Positions 8,269-17,405 are shown, counted from the stretch's first letter. The stretch is DNA of 38,892 nt from Candidatus Nanopelagicales bacterium (GCA_044348555.1 JBIKSQ010000001.1:1-38892); one strand, 5' to 3'. Notes: generated from the letters alone by a model not told the origin. Numbers and translations: made by a program.

Positions 8269-9312
8269 ATGAGAAAAGTATTTTTCGTATTAACCGTCCT
8301 ATTCGTAGCAGCAATTGTTGTTGGTACAAATCTGCTTACAGATAACACTCGAGCATCTGGAACTGTCACTCTGCTAACGCATGATTCATTCGTTTTGAGC
8401 GAGCAGACGATTTCCGATTTCGAAAGTGAAACTGGTCTCAAGTTGAAGATTATCTCTGCAGGGGATGCCGGCACAGTTCTTTCTAGCGCAGTGCTATCAG
8501 CTGGGCGACCAACTGCGGATGTGATTTTTGGTATTGATAACACCATGCTTTCTAAAGCTCTTGATGGAAATATTTTTGAAGCATATGTAAGTCCCGAACT
8601 CGAGTTTCTTGGTGACTCATTTCAAAATTCATTTGGCGGTTTAGTGTCACCGATTGACTATGGTGATGTTTGTATCAATTACGAAATTGAAAAATATGGT
8701 TTGAACCCACCAAAGAATCTTTCTGATTTGGTTAAGCCGGCATTTGCAAATCAACTAGTGGTGTCGGATCCAGCCGCTTCAAGCCCAGGGCTGGCTTTTT
8801 TGCTTGCAACCGTGGCGACCTACGGAACCGATTGGCCCGACTACTGGGCGCAACTGCGTGCTAACGGAGTGAAAGTAGTGGGCTCTTGGTCCGATGCATA
8901 TTATGTTGAGTTCTCAAAGGGTGGCGGAGATGGTGAGTACCCAATGGTGCTGTCCTATGCAACCAGTCCGGCAGCTGAAATTGTTTATGCAGAAGAGCCA
9001 AAGCCTGAATTTGTAAGCACGGCTGCAATGGCTAGTGGGTGTTTTCGACAAGTTGAATATGCAGGTGTACTCCGAGGCGCAGAGAACCCAGCTGGCGCAA
9101 AGTTGGTCATCGACTGGCTTTTGAGTGCTGAAGTTCAAGCAGACATCCCACTCAACATGTTTGTTTATCCGACCCGTGAGGGGATTGAGTTACCTCTGGA
9201 ATTTAGCAAGTTTGCTCCTCCGGTTTTAGAGCCACTTTCGCTTGATCACAATCAGATGGCAAATAATTTGGATGCTTGGTTGGCTGAATGGGATGCGGTG
9301 ATGAAAAACTGA
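8269..9312 (+). CDS. thiB: thiamine ABC transporter substrate-binding protein
   Basis: Signal/anchor sequence MRKVFFVLTVLFVAAIVVG, then a type-II SBP fold typical of the Fe3+/thiamine-binding family. It lies directly downstream of the TPP riboswitch. The track ORF start (8212) falls inside the riboswitch, so I moved the start to 8269. Confidence 0.8.
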   Translation: MRKVFFVLTVLFVAAIVVGTNLLTDNTRASGTVTLLTHDSFVLSEQTISDFESETGLKLKIISAGDAGTVLSSAVLSAGRPTADVIFGIDNTMLSKALDGNIFEAYVSPELEFLGDSFQNSFGGLVSPIDYGDVCINYEIEKYGLNPPKNLSDLVKPAFANQLVVSDPAASSPGLAFLLATVATYGTDWPDYWAQLRANGVKVVGSWSDAYYVEFSKGGGDGEYPMVLSYATSPAAEIVYAEEPKPEFVSTAAMASGCFRQVEYAGVLRGAENPAGAKLVIDWLLSAEVQADIPLNMFVYPTREGIELPLEFSKFAPPVLEPLSLDHNQMANNLDAWLAEWDAVMKN

Positions 9313-10847
9313 AAGCCGGAGCCAGCTTGAAGTGGCTTGGGACACTTCCAGTTGTTTACATTTCCTTGTTTTTTGCGTTGCCGATTGCGGCTCTAGCGCA
9401 AGAAGTGATTTCAGTAAGTATTCCTGGCAGGTTTCAAGAATCAAACCTTTGGGCAAGCACGGTTGAGGTTGCTTTTGGTGCAAGCGTTCAGGCACTTCTA
9501 AGTGCACTGGTTGCTGTCGTGGTTGGTTTTCCGTTGGCGGGCTTATTGGTCAACTACGAGTTTCGGTTTCGGGCGGCATTGCAATCATTGGTCTATGTGC
9601 CGTTTGTTTTACCAACTCTCGTCACTGGAATCGCAATTCGGCAGATGCTAGGTGGAGTTATAAGTCCGGGTCTGTTGCTATTGGTTGTTGCACATGCCTA
9701 TGTGAATCTCGCAGTTATCGTGAGAGTGGTTGGTAGTGCCTGGCAAGGAATCGATCGCCGGTTAATCATCAGCGCACAGACCTTGGGAGCTACACCGGCC
9801 AAGGTGCTTACCAGCATCGTCATCCCACTCATAAAGTCTGCAATTCTTAGAGCGTTTGCTCTAGTTTTTGTTTTTTCCTTCAGTTCGTTGGGGTTGGTGT
9901 TGGTCCTAGGTGGAAGGCAACAAACTCTAGAAACCCGATTACTTCGGCAGGTCTCACTTTTAGTAGATTTTCCAGCAGCGGCCGTAACTGCATCGATGCA
10001 ATTATTTGTGGTACTTGCGGTTTTGCTTTTGACAAGCCGAAGCAAGTCGGAGATTAATCAGCCAACAAGGTTTGCCCCAAAACAATTACCAAAGTCAATG
10101 TATGGGGCAGTGGTGATTGCGATCGCTGCCTTTACTGCACCTTTAATCTGGTTACTCCACTCCTCATTTTCCACTTCACAGGGGATTTCATTATCTAACT
10201 GGAACTTGGTCTTGCTAGATTTTCAGACTTGGCAGGCGCTCGGAAACTCGATTGAGATAGCCCTCATAACCGCAGGGCTGACAGCAGTTATTGGAATTGC
10301 TGCCGCCATGGCAGTGAATTCCGGAAGGCTTAGCAAATTCAGTGGAGTATTGGTTGTTCCACTTTCGGTGTCGTCCGTGACAATCGGCTTGGGACTACTT
10401 CTTGCGGTGCGATCTCGAGAAATCTTGGTGGTTCCAGATTGGTTGTTGCCATCAATAGCGCATAGTTTGGTGGCGCTGCCCTTTGTTGTAGCAATCCTGC
10501 TGCCACCCGTAAAGGCGCTGGATTTCAAGTGGAATACAGCTGCAGCTGCCCTTGGTGCCAAGCCACTTCAGGCACAAGCAACCGCGATCATGCCAATTTT
10601 AAAAGCAGCACTTCCTGCGGTGTTTTCGTTATCTGTTGCAATTTCGCTCGGCGAGTTTGGAGCAGCTTCGTTTCTTGCTGATTATGAAAATCCAACATTG
10701 TCTGTAGTGCTTTTGCGATTATTGAATCGGCCTGCAGTCGAAGCCGCAGGAATGGCTTCAGTACTTGCAGTGATCCTGATGATTGCAACAATTCTTCTCA
10801 TCTTAATCTGGCAACAATATGAAAGTAGTAAAAATGTCCGTAGCTAA
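9288..10847 (+). CDS. thiP: thiamine ABC transporter permease (duplicated two-domain permease)
   Basis: 519 aa, about 12 TM helices, with two tandem MalFG-type permease halves as in ThiP. It sits in an operon with the riboswitch-controlled SBP. An alternative TTG start at 9327 is preceded by GGAG. Confidence 0.8.
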   Translation: MGCGDEKLKAGASLKWLGTLPVVYISLFFALPIAALAQEVISVSIPGRFQESNLWASTVEVAFGASVQALLSALVAVVVGFPLAGLLVNYEFRFRAALQSLVYVPFVLPTLVTGIAIRQMLGGVISPGLLLLVVAHAYVNLAVIVRVVGSAWQGIDRRLIISAQTLGATPAKVLTSIVIPLIKSAILRAFALVFVFSFSSLGLVLVLGGRQQTLETRLLRQVSLLVDFPAAAVTASMQLFVVLAVLLLTSRSKSEINQPTRFAPKQLPKSMYGAVVIAIAAFTAPLIWLLHSSFSTSQGISLSNWNLVLLDFQTWQALGNSIEIALITAGLTAVIGIAAAMAVNSGRLSKFSGVLVVPLSVSSVTIGLGLLLAVRSREILVVPDWLLPSIAHSLVALPFVVAILLPPVKALDFKWNTAAAALGAKPLQAQATAIMPILKAALPAVFSLSVAISLGEFGAASFLADYENPTLSVVLLRLLNRPAVEAAGMASVLAVILMIATILLILIWQQYESSKNVRS

Positions 10848-11487
10848 TCAAAAGAACTTCTTTCAAATGAACAATCTTGTTTTGGGCTTTGGTTCGACCG
10901 CAATATCAACGGGGATCGATTTGGCGCTCGAAAAAGGTGAAGTACTAGCACTACTAGGACCAAGTGGTTGTGGAAAATCAACTCTTTTGAACACGATTGT
11001 GGGAGGCCAGAAACCTATTTCTGGTGCGGTCTTTGTGGCAGGGTCAGATCTTGCAGATACCCCCACACATCTACGAGGGGTAGGAATTATGTTTCAGCAG
11101 CCTTTTTTGTTTCCACATTTGAATGTATTTGAGAATGTGTCATATGCGCTTAAACAACAGGGAATGAGCAAGGATGAAATCTTTAGCAATGTAGAGGAAA
11201 TCCTCGAGGTGATGAAGTTAGGCAGTTACCGCAATCGACCAATAGCCGAACTTTCAGGTGGCCAAGCTCAACGGATTTCGTTGGCCCGATCTATTGTTGC
11301 TAAACCAAAAGTGCTTTTGCTGGATGAGCCACTATCGGCGCTGGATACAGAATTGCGAAAGGAACTGGCGCTGGAGATTAGTGCAATCATCCGACAACTT
11401 GGGATCACAACAATTTTTGTTACACATGACGAAGCAGAAGCAGAGGTCATGTCGCACCGAGTTTTGAGATGGCAATGGTCTTTGTAG
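10819..11487 (+). CDS. thiQ: ABC transporter ATP-binding protein (thiamine importer ATPase)
   Basis: Walker A GPSGCGKST, signature LSGGQAQR, Walker B LLLDEP and an H-loop VTHD. The start is ambiguous among 10819, 10834 and 10867. Confidence 0.8.
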   Translation: MKVVKMSVANQKNFFQMNNLVLGFGSTAISTGIDLALEKGEVLALLGPSGCGKSTLLNTIVGGQKPISGAVFVAGSDLADTPTHLRGVGIMFQQPFLFPHLNVFENVSYALKQQGMSKDEIFSNVEEILEVMKLGSYRNRPIAELSGGQAQRISLARSIVAKPKVLLLDEPLSALDTELRKELALEISAIIRQLGITTIFVTHDEAEAEVMSHRVLRWQWSL

Positions 11488-11521
11488 CGAGTCGACTCGC
11501 GCACATTCCCGATACATCAAA

Positions 11522-11553
11522 GCGGAGCGAGAATCATGCCCTTCTCGCTCCGC
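11522..11553. terminator. 12-bp perfect stem hairpin between convergent operons (probable intrinsic terminator)
   Basis: GCGGAGCGAGAA-tcatgccc-TTCTCGCTCCGC. On the minus strand it is followed by TTTGATG, so it best fits termination of the sqr-dsrC-dsrE transcript. A second 14-bp palindrome, GCGAGTCGACTCGC (11487-11500), abuts the thiQ stop. Confidence 0.55.
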
Positions 11554-11562
11554 AGTTCAGAG

Positions 11563-12078
11563 TTAGATGAAAATGACTTGAGCACCTTTTGCAATTTCAA
11601 TGAAATCTCCAGCTGTGATGATGCCACCTACGTCATCGCGTAAGTCTTTTTCTTCTACGCCGTACATGTCTGCTGAAAGTTTGCAACCCCAGAGACGCCC
11701 ACCTGAAGCAGTGATAATGTCAAGAAATTCGCTAACCGGCGGCACATCTAATTTATCGAACTCTCGTTTTAACATCCAAGTGGCCATGGCAGTCATACCT
11801 GGCAATAAAGACATGGACTGTGGGAAGTGCGCATCGCTACCAGGTAAGTGCATTCCGGTGTTGCCAGCCGGATTGAACTTCAGGTTGTCTTGTCTGGATT
11901 TCATAATCAAGTCAAAGCCCCAGAAACTGAAGAAGATGTCAACCTCTACACCTTCGCCTAGCGCAGCGTTTCCCATGATTAAGGCAGGGTAGGCCATATC
12001 GAGATTTGCTTTGGTGCAGATGAAGGCAATTTTTCGACCGTCATTTGAATCATCGTTAAAGCTTGGAATGAAGGACAT
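11563..12078 (-). CDS. DsrE/DsrF-like (COG2210-type) sulfur-relay family protein
   Basis: 171 aa counted from M51 of the track ORF (ATG at 12078, GGAGAA Shine-Dalgarno upstream). Motifs KIAFICTKANLDMAYPALIMGNAA and GGRLWGCKLSADMYG, with the conserved Cys, are typical of DsrE-like proteins that partner with flavoprotein disulfide reductases. Confidence 0.7.
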   Translation of the reverse strand: MSFIPSFNDDSNDGRKIAFICTKANLDMAYPALIMGNAALGEGVEVDIFFSFWGFDLIMKSRQDNLKFNPAGNTGMHLPGSDAHFPQSMSLLPGMTAMATWMLKREFDKLDVPPVSEFLDIITASGGRLWGCKLSADMYGVEEKDLRDDVGGIITAGDFIEIAKGAQVIFI

Positions 12079-12091
12079 AGCAATTCTCCGA

Positions 12092-12406
12092 TCAGACGCA
12101 GCCGGCAGGTTTAGGTAAACCTGCGATGTAGGACATTTTCTTACCTGGCTTTTTTGGAAAAAGAACAAACTGTTCTTTGATTGGGAATCCGCCGACTGAT
12201 TGAACTCGGCGGGTGGTTGCGGTTTCACCTTGAGTTTTAAAGTCTTCTCTCAGGAATTTGATGATAGCCCAGTGAGCATCAGTCAACTCAACTTCAATGT
12301 TGGTTGCTAACACTTTAGCTATTTCTTCATTCCAAGCGTCGTATTCAGTGAGGAAACCTTCGTCGTTTACATTTACATTTGAACCAGCAATTTCGATGAC
12401 AGGCAT
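12092..12406 (-). CDS. TusE/DsrC/DsvC family sulfur-relay protein
   Basis: 104 aa ending ...GLPKPAGCV, the hallmark C-terminal arm with a penultimate Cys. The DsrC-type core includes HWAIIKFLREDF. Only one C-terminal-arm Cys is present; the position about 10 residues upstream is not Cys, so it looks TusE-like rather than like dissimilatory DsrC. Confidence 0.85.
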   Translation of the reverse strand: MPVIEIAGSNVNVNDEGFLTEYDAWNEEIAKVLATNIEVELTDAHWAIIKFLREDFKTQGETATTRRVQSVGGFPIKEQFVLFPKKPGKKMSYIAGLPKPAGCV

Positions 12407-12422
12407 TGTGTCAACCTTTCTT

Positions 12423-13664
12423 TTAGTTTGTTTTCGGCAAGATCTTGCCGGTCATGGACATGAGAGTTGAAACTGGAAGTTTGCGGCCTGGAAGTAGCAA
12501 GTTCCAGTAGATCCACTCGAAGGCAAGTTTGCCTAAGTGGTTGATTCGCGTTTCTTTCAGTAGTGAGAATGGACCAACCTTTGGCAGTGGGAAGTGACCA
12601 GTTAGTGGCTGAGTTTCGTAGTTGAAATCAATCAGTAAGCCTTTTCCGTTTCCAGATTCGATGTAGCAGTTGGCATGACCATCAAAAAGATGTGTCATCT
12701 TTTTTCCTGTGACATGTTGTTGGAAATTTTCGATAAACAAATCGATTGCAAAGTGCGCTACTGACCCAGCTTTAGAGGCAGGGATATCGGATGCGTCACC
12801 TAGAACAAAAATATTGTTGTGCACTGTTGAAAGCATGGTTTCTTTATCCACTTTGACGTAGTTCAAGTCATTGCCGAGTCCAGATCGTGCGATGAAATCG
12901 GCACCCATATTCAGAGGGATGGTTACGAGTAGGTCGAATGGAATCTCTCGCTCATCCATTGAGATGAGAACTTTACGTTCATCATCAATCTGTTCAATCA
13001 CGAAGTCAGCCTCGAGCTTGATATCTCGCTCATCCAACATTCCTCCCAGTGTGGCTGAGGCAACAGGCTTGGTGAACGCGCCTTCAAGAGGAGTTACGTA
13101 AACAATTTCTACTTTGTCGCGAATACCCATCTTTTTGAAATATGAATCAGCTAAAAATGAAAACTCCAGTGGTGCGACTGGGCACTTGATGGGCATCTCG
13201 GTGATGTGGACTACTAGCCGGCCGCCTTGCCACTCTTGGAGTTTGTCACGTAATGCGGTTGCACCTTCGAGCGTATAGAACTCAAAAATGCTTTTCCCAA
13301 ATTCTTCACCGTCCATGCCAGGCGTTTGATCTGGCCGCGGTGTTGTTCCAGAGGCAATGATTAAGTAGTCATAAACAAACTCTTGGCCACCAACAAGTGA
13401 AACTTTGTTTTCATTGGCTTTAACCAGGTCTACTTCGGCGTTGACCAGTTTCAGGTTTTTTGCGAATTGGTTTTTTCGGCTTCGGACAAGCCGCTCAGGG
13501 GTATAAACACCAAAAGGCATAAGTAGTAAGCCAGGTTGATAAATGTGCTTATCGTCCTGATCTACGACCGTAATTTCCCAGTCCTGCTTTGATAACTTTT
13601 TGCGCAACTGATTGGCAGCCATAGTTCCTGCAGTACCGCCACCAAGAATTAAAATCTTTTGCAT
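12423..13664 (-). CDS. FAD-dependent pyridine nucleotide-disulfide oxidoreductase, sulfide:quinone oxidoreductase-like
   Basis: The start was moved to MQKILILGGGTAGTMAAN (GGAG upstream; Rossmann GxGxxG). A second nucleotide motif is FVLGDAS. Candidate redox Cys lie in PIKCPVAPLEF and GHANCYIESG, in positions reminiscent of SQR-family enzymes. Confidence 0.75.
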   Translation of the reverse strand: MQKILILGGGTAGTMAANQLRKKLSKQDWEITVVDQDDKHIYQPGLLLMPFGVYTPERLVRSRKNQFAKNLKLVNAEVDLVKANENKVSLVGGQEFVYDYLIIASGTTPRPDQTPGMDGEEFGKSIFEFYTLEGATALRDKLQEWQGGRLVVHITEMPIKCPVAPLEFSFLADSYFKKMGIRDKVEIVYVTPLEGAFTKPVASATLGGMLDERDIKLEADFVIEQIDDERKVLISMDEREIPFDLLVTIPLNMGADFIARSGLGNDLNYVKVDKETMLSTVHNNIFVLGDASDIPASKAGSVAHFAIDLFIENFQQHVTGKKMTHLFDGHANCYIESGNGKGLLIDFNYETQPLTGHFPLPKVGPFSLLKETRINHLGKLAFEWIYWNLLLPGRKLPVSTLMSMTGKILPKTN

Positions 13665-13757
13665 TTTGTGCTCCAGTCTGTCGGGGGCATTCCCTCCGGA
13701 CAACCACAAGTAAACACTTCACCCAGCTCCTGATGAATAGGCCTAAAGTCACAACAT

Positions 13758-14432
13758 TTACTCAGTAACCCAGCTGCCCTTTACGATTACTCGATAGCCG
13801 ACAGAGATGTTGTTTTTCCATAATCGGTCAATATGGCGATGCAGCATTCGGACACAACCATGTGAAGCGGGGTAAGTTTTTACAAGCGCATCAGTCGCCG
13901 ATCCATGCAGTGCGACCGAAGGCGCAAAGTATTTCGGCCGGTACATCCAGGCATCTTGATAAACAGTGGATTCCCACCAGCCATCAAACTGACGATTGAT
14001 TTGGAAGCGACCCTTTGGTGTTGGGAAACTGGACAAACCACTCGAAACTGGAAATACCGCTTTGACGCGACGACGATCATCTGTTTCAGTCCGATCAATC
14101 CAAGTCAGCGTTTGGCAAGTTAAATTAACGTGCAAGCCGACCGAGAGCAGCTGCGGCTTTGCGAAAGCTGTTGTGTTTACGATCGATGCTCGTTCACGTT
14201 TCAATGGTTTGCCGAATACTGCAACTTCCCCTGTAATTAATCGCCAGGCGCATGTAGCACGGAAGGTTTTGTCGTCGTATTCACCATCAACATTGCCAAC
14301 TGGCAATCCAAGCTTGGCTAGAGCAACCTCAACTTCAAGTTTGCTAGGGGCGACTACTGCTTCTTCCGCAGCCACAATCAGAGGCTGCACAGATAGTGCC
14401 AGTGCTGTAATGAAAACTAGAATTTTTCGCAT
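13758..14432 (-). CDS. L,D-transpeptidase (YkuD domain) with signal peptide and PG-binding-like segment
   Basis: Signal peptide MRKILVFITALALSVQPLIVAA and a PG_binding-like segment LAKLGLPVGNVDGEYDDKTFRA. The catalytic motif is HGSATDALVKTYPASHGCVRM (H...SHGC.R). Confidence 0.85.
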   Translation of the reverse strand: MRKILVFITALALSVQPLIVAAEEAVVAPSKLEVEVALAKLGLPVGNVDGEYDDKTFRATCAWRLITGEVAVFGKPLKRERASIVNTTAFAKPQLLSVGLHVNLTCQTLTWIDRTETDDRRRVKAVFPVSSGLSSFPTPKGRFQINRQFDGWWESTVYQDAWMYRPKYFAPSVALHGSATDALVKTYPASHGCVRMLHRHIDRLWKNNISVGYRVIVKGSWVTE

Positions 14433-14482
14433 GTCTTCATTGTTGGCCGACTAACCCCGATTAACAAGTGCCATAATCCCCT

Positions 14483-14950
14483 ATGACAATTTCTGAGATG
14501 GCAGCCCAATACAAGGCCTCAACCGATAAATTCTTGGCCGCTATTCAAGATCTAGATGTAGCAGTTCTAGACAAAGCTATTCCTGGTGAGTGGAGTGCCC
14601 GCCAAGTTATTCATCATTTGGCAGATAGTGAAGCGCAGTCCTATGCGCGACTACGTCGGCTACTGGCTGAACCCGAAGGATCCCTGATTCAAGGCTACGA
14701 TGAAGGGGCTTGGGCAGATTCTTCTTTGTTGGGGTACCAAGATTCACCAGTTGAGTTGCCACTTGCGGTGTTTATTGCTGTGAGAGCAGCATCGCACATG
14801 TTGTTATCACGCATAAGTGAAGCAGACTTAGAACGCGCAGGGATTCATTCGGAAAGTGGTCGTTATACGGTTTCAGATTGGGTGCGAAACTATACGAATC
14901 ATCCAGAGGATCATCTCGATCAACTGTTAATTGCTATTCAGCAACCTTAA
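14483..14950 (+). CDS. DinB-family (DinB_2 / MDMPI_N-like) metal-binding four-helix protein
   Basis: 155 aa with WSARQVIHHLADSE and a C-terminal NHPEDHLDQL, which are His-containing motifs typical of the DinB superfamily. Confidence 0.7.
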   Translation: MTISEMAAQYKASTDKFLAAIQDLDVAVLDKAIPGEWSARQVIHHLADSEAQSYARLRRLLAEPEGSLIQGYDEGAWADSSLLGYQDSPVELPLAVFIAVRAASHMLLSRISEADLERAGIHSESGRYTVSDWVRNYTNHPEDHLDQLLIAIQQP

Positions 14951-15482
14951 AGAAAGTCTTGAAACTCGGTGCATTTTTGTCTTTTTCTGAAACCAACGAT
15001 GCTGCAAGCGGCCATTTGATGTCGAGAGTCTCATCAAACGGGTTCACTTCATGCTCAGCTTCTGGGTTGAATGCGGTTGAGCACTGGTACAAAACTTTTG
15101 TGTCATCGGTGAGGGCTTGGAAAGCATGGCCAAAGCCCTCTGGAATATGAACTGCATTGTGTAGCTCGGAATCTAAAGTCACTGCGATCCACTGTCCGAA
15201 AGTTTTCGAGTGTGGACGCAAATCAACAATTACATCCCAGGCTTTTCCGGACACACATTGAACGTATTTAGCCTGGCCGGGTGGCACATCTGCAAAGTGA
15301 ATCCCACGGATAGTTCCTGCTTTTGAGGTCGAAAGATTGGTTTGCACAGATTCAAAGTCAATTCCAGCTGCAACCAGCAAGTCAGTTGGATTGAAAGCCT
15401 CAACGAAGTCACCCCGATTGTCATGGTGGACCGTTGGTTGAATTTCGATCACTCCATCAAACTCAAGTCTTTTGATGATCAT
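14934..15482 (-). CDS. rmlC: dTDP-4-dehydrorhamnose 3,5-epimerase
   Basis: RmlC cupin motifs: DNRGDFVEAF, GTIRGIHF, QAKYVQCVSGKAWDVIVDLR, HIPEGFGHAF and LDIKWP. Confidence 0.9.
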   Translation of the reverse strand: MIIKRLEFDGVIEIQPTVHHDNRGDFVEAFNPTDLLVAAGIDFESVQTNLSTSKAGTIRGIHFADVPPGQAKYVQCVSGKAWDVIVDLRPHSKTFGQWIAVTLDSELHNAVHIPEGFGHAFQALTDDTKVLYQCSTAFNPEAEHEVNPFDETLDIKWPLAASLVSEKDKNAPSFKTFFKVAE

Positions 15483-16351
15483 GCTTTACCTCGGCTGAGA
15501 AGCTCAAGCAGATAGTTTCCATAACCACTACTTACTAGGTTTGAGGCCAGGTTTTTAAGATCAGAATCACTAATCCAACCTTGCCGCCAGGCAACCTCTT
15601 CGATGCAACCTACCTTCAAGCCTTGTCGATGTTCCAAGATTCGAACGTATGCCGCAGCGTCATTCAGATTTTCAACTGTCCCCGTGTCCAACCATGCTGT
15701 TCCTCGAGGTAAGAGACTGACTCGCAATCTTTTTTCAGCGAGGTAAAGGGAATTCAAATCAGAAATTTCAAGTTCATCTCGATCTGAATATGCAAGTGTC
15801 TTAACTTTTTCAACCACGTCATTGCCATAAAAATAAATGCCAGGCACTGCCAAGTTGCTTTTAGGATTTAGAGGTTTCTCTTCGATTGAAAGCGCAACAC
15901 CTTCATGGTTCATTTCGACAACACCGTAATCCCTCGGATTAGCAACCTCGTAGGCGAAGATCTGTGCCCCATCAGTTTTTTCAAGACTCTCGAGCTGCCT
16001 ACCAAACCCAGCTCCATGGAAGATGTTGTCACCGAGCACAAGCGCAGTTTTCCGGCCAGCAATAAAATCTTCAGCAAGCAAGAATGACTCAGCGATACCA
16101 CGTGGTTTGGACTGCTCAAAGTAAGTGAGTTGGATTCCCCATTGTTCGCCGTCTCCTAGTAGCCGCTTAAAGGCTGAAGCGTCTTCTGGTGTTGTGATTA
16201 GCCCGATATGCCGGATGCCAGCAAGCATCAAAGTTGAGATCGGATAGTAGATCATGGGTTTGTCGTAAACCGGCAGCAATTGCTTACTTACGCCTTTGGT
16301 GATTGGCCAAAGGCGGCTACCTGTGCCACCAGCCAGAACTAATCCACGCAT
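15479..16351 (-). CDS. rmlA: glucose-1-phosphate thymidylyltransferase
   Basis: MRGLVLAGGTGSRLWPITKGVSKQLLPVYDKPMIYYPISTLMLAGIR is near-canonical RmlA. There is a 4-nt overlap with rmlC. Confidence 0.95.
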   Translation of the reverse strand: MRGLVLAGGTGSRLWPITKGVSKQLLPVYDKPMIYYPISTLMLAGIRHIGLITTPEDASAFKRLLGDGEQWGIQLTYFEQSKPRGIAESFLLAEDFIAGRKTALVLGDNIFHGAGFGRQLESLEKTDGAQIFAYEVANPRDYGVVEMNHEGVALSIEEKPLNPKSNLAVPGIYFYGNDVVEKVKTLAYSDRDELEISDLNSLYLAEKRLRVSLLPRGTAWLDTGTVENLNDAAAYVRILEHRQGLKVGCIEEVAWRQGWISDSDLKNLASNLVSSGYGNYLLELLSRGKA

Positions 16352-16424
16352 TTTGGTTTCCTTACAAAGATACTGGAGTCTACACTTTGGTTAGAGAACT
16401 TATTAGATACCACTAGGACATAAA

Positions 16425-17405
16425 TTGCGTTACTTAGTTACAGGTGGGGCTGGTTTTATTGGCTCAAACTATGTACGGATGTTACTGACAGGGCGGTTAT
16501 CCGCTGATGTCAGTTCCGTAGTGGTTCTAGATGCCTTGACCTACTCCGGGAATAAAGCGAACCTTGCATCAATCTGGCAGGACCCTAGGTTCACTTTTGT
16601 CCATGGAGATATACGTGACAAGAAAATAATTTCCAAGCTGCTGAGTGACTGTGATGTGTTAATCAACTTTGCTGCGGAGAGTCATGTTGATCGCTCAATA
16701 TCAGGTTCAGAAATATTTTTCGAGTCAAATGTCCTAGGGTTACTTAATCTGCTGGAGCAGGCGCGTTCATACCCTGATATTCGAATCGTACATATTGGAA
16801 CTGATGAGGTTTACGGTTCAATCGAGTCAGGTTCTTGGGATGAATCAGCTCCATTACAACCAAACTCACCATACTCTGCCTCGAAGGCTGCAGCGGAGCA
16901 TCTAGTTCGATCCTTTCACAACACCTTTGCTTCAAATGTGACTTCTACAAGGTGTTCGAATAATTATGGTCCTTTTCAACACCGAGAAAAGTTGATTCCG
17001 TTATTTATAACAAATGCGCTGCTGGATATACCACTTCCACTTTACGGCTCAGGTTTGAATCGGCGAGATTGGTTGCATGTAGATGATCATTGTCGAGCAA
17101 TTCAAATAGTTGCCGAAAAAGGAAAAGCTGGTGAGTCCTACAACATTGGGGGCGGGGTTGAGCTTTCCAATGTTGAAATCACGCAAAAGATTCTTGATGC
17201 GGTTAAAAAAAGTTGGGAACTGGTAGTAAACGTTTCAGACCGAGCCGGACATGATTTTCGCTATTCGGTGAACGATTCAAAGATTCGTGAACTTGGATAT
17301 GCACCACAGTGCAACTTTGAAGATTCCCTGAAGCAAGTTGTCACATGGTACGAGGCAAATCCAGATTGGTGGCAATCCGCTGAACTGGTGGAGAAAAACA
17401 AGTGA
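16425..17405 (+). CDS. rmlB: dTDP-glucose 4,6-dehydratase
   Basis: An SDR with TGGAGFIGSNYV, the catalytic YSASKAA and the DEVYG motif. TTG start, divergent from rmlA. Confidence 0.95.
   Translation: MRYLVTGGAGFIGSNYVRMLLTGRLSADVSSVVVLDALTYSGNKANLASIWQDPRFTFVHGDIRDKKIISKLLSDCDVLINFAAESHVDRSISGSEIFFESNVLGLLNLLEQARSYPDIRIVHIGTDEVYGSIESGSWDESAPLQPNSPYSASKAAAEHLVRSFHNTFASNVTSTRCSNNYGPFQHREKLIPLFITNALLDIPLPLYGSGLNRRDWLHVDDHCRAIQIVAEKGKAGESYNIGGGVELSNVEITQKILDAVKKSWELVVNVSDRAGHDFRYSVNDSKIRELGYAPQCNFEDSLKQVVTWYEANPDWWQSAELVEKNK

Noticed and set aside
11563-13709. Long N-terminal extensions of the DsrE-like (to 12228) and SQR-like (to 13709) ORFs
   Set aside because: The DsrE extension would overlap the entire 3' end of the dsrC-like gene. 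Both internal ATGs (12078, 13664) have GGAG-type ribosome-binding sites and begin exactly at the conserved domain.
13996-14454. 152-aa ORF antisense to the L,D-transpeptidase gene. Similar shadow ORFs occur at 6162..6617, 11600..11992, 2175..2525, 8184..8546, 9698..10045, 10223..10561, 22890..23282, 36914..37228 and 38446..38811.
   Set aside because: All lie fully inside, and antisense or out of frame to, ORFs with clear family motifs. Their translations are low-complexity (Ser/Arg/Pro-rich) with no recognisable motifs. These are typical shadow ORFs.
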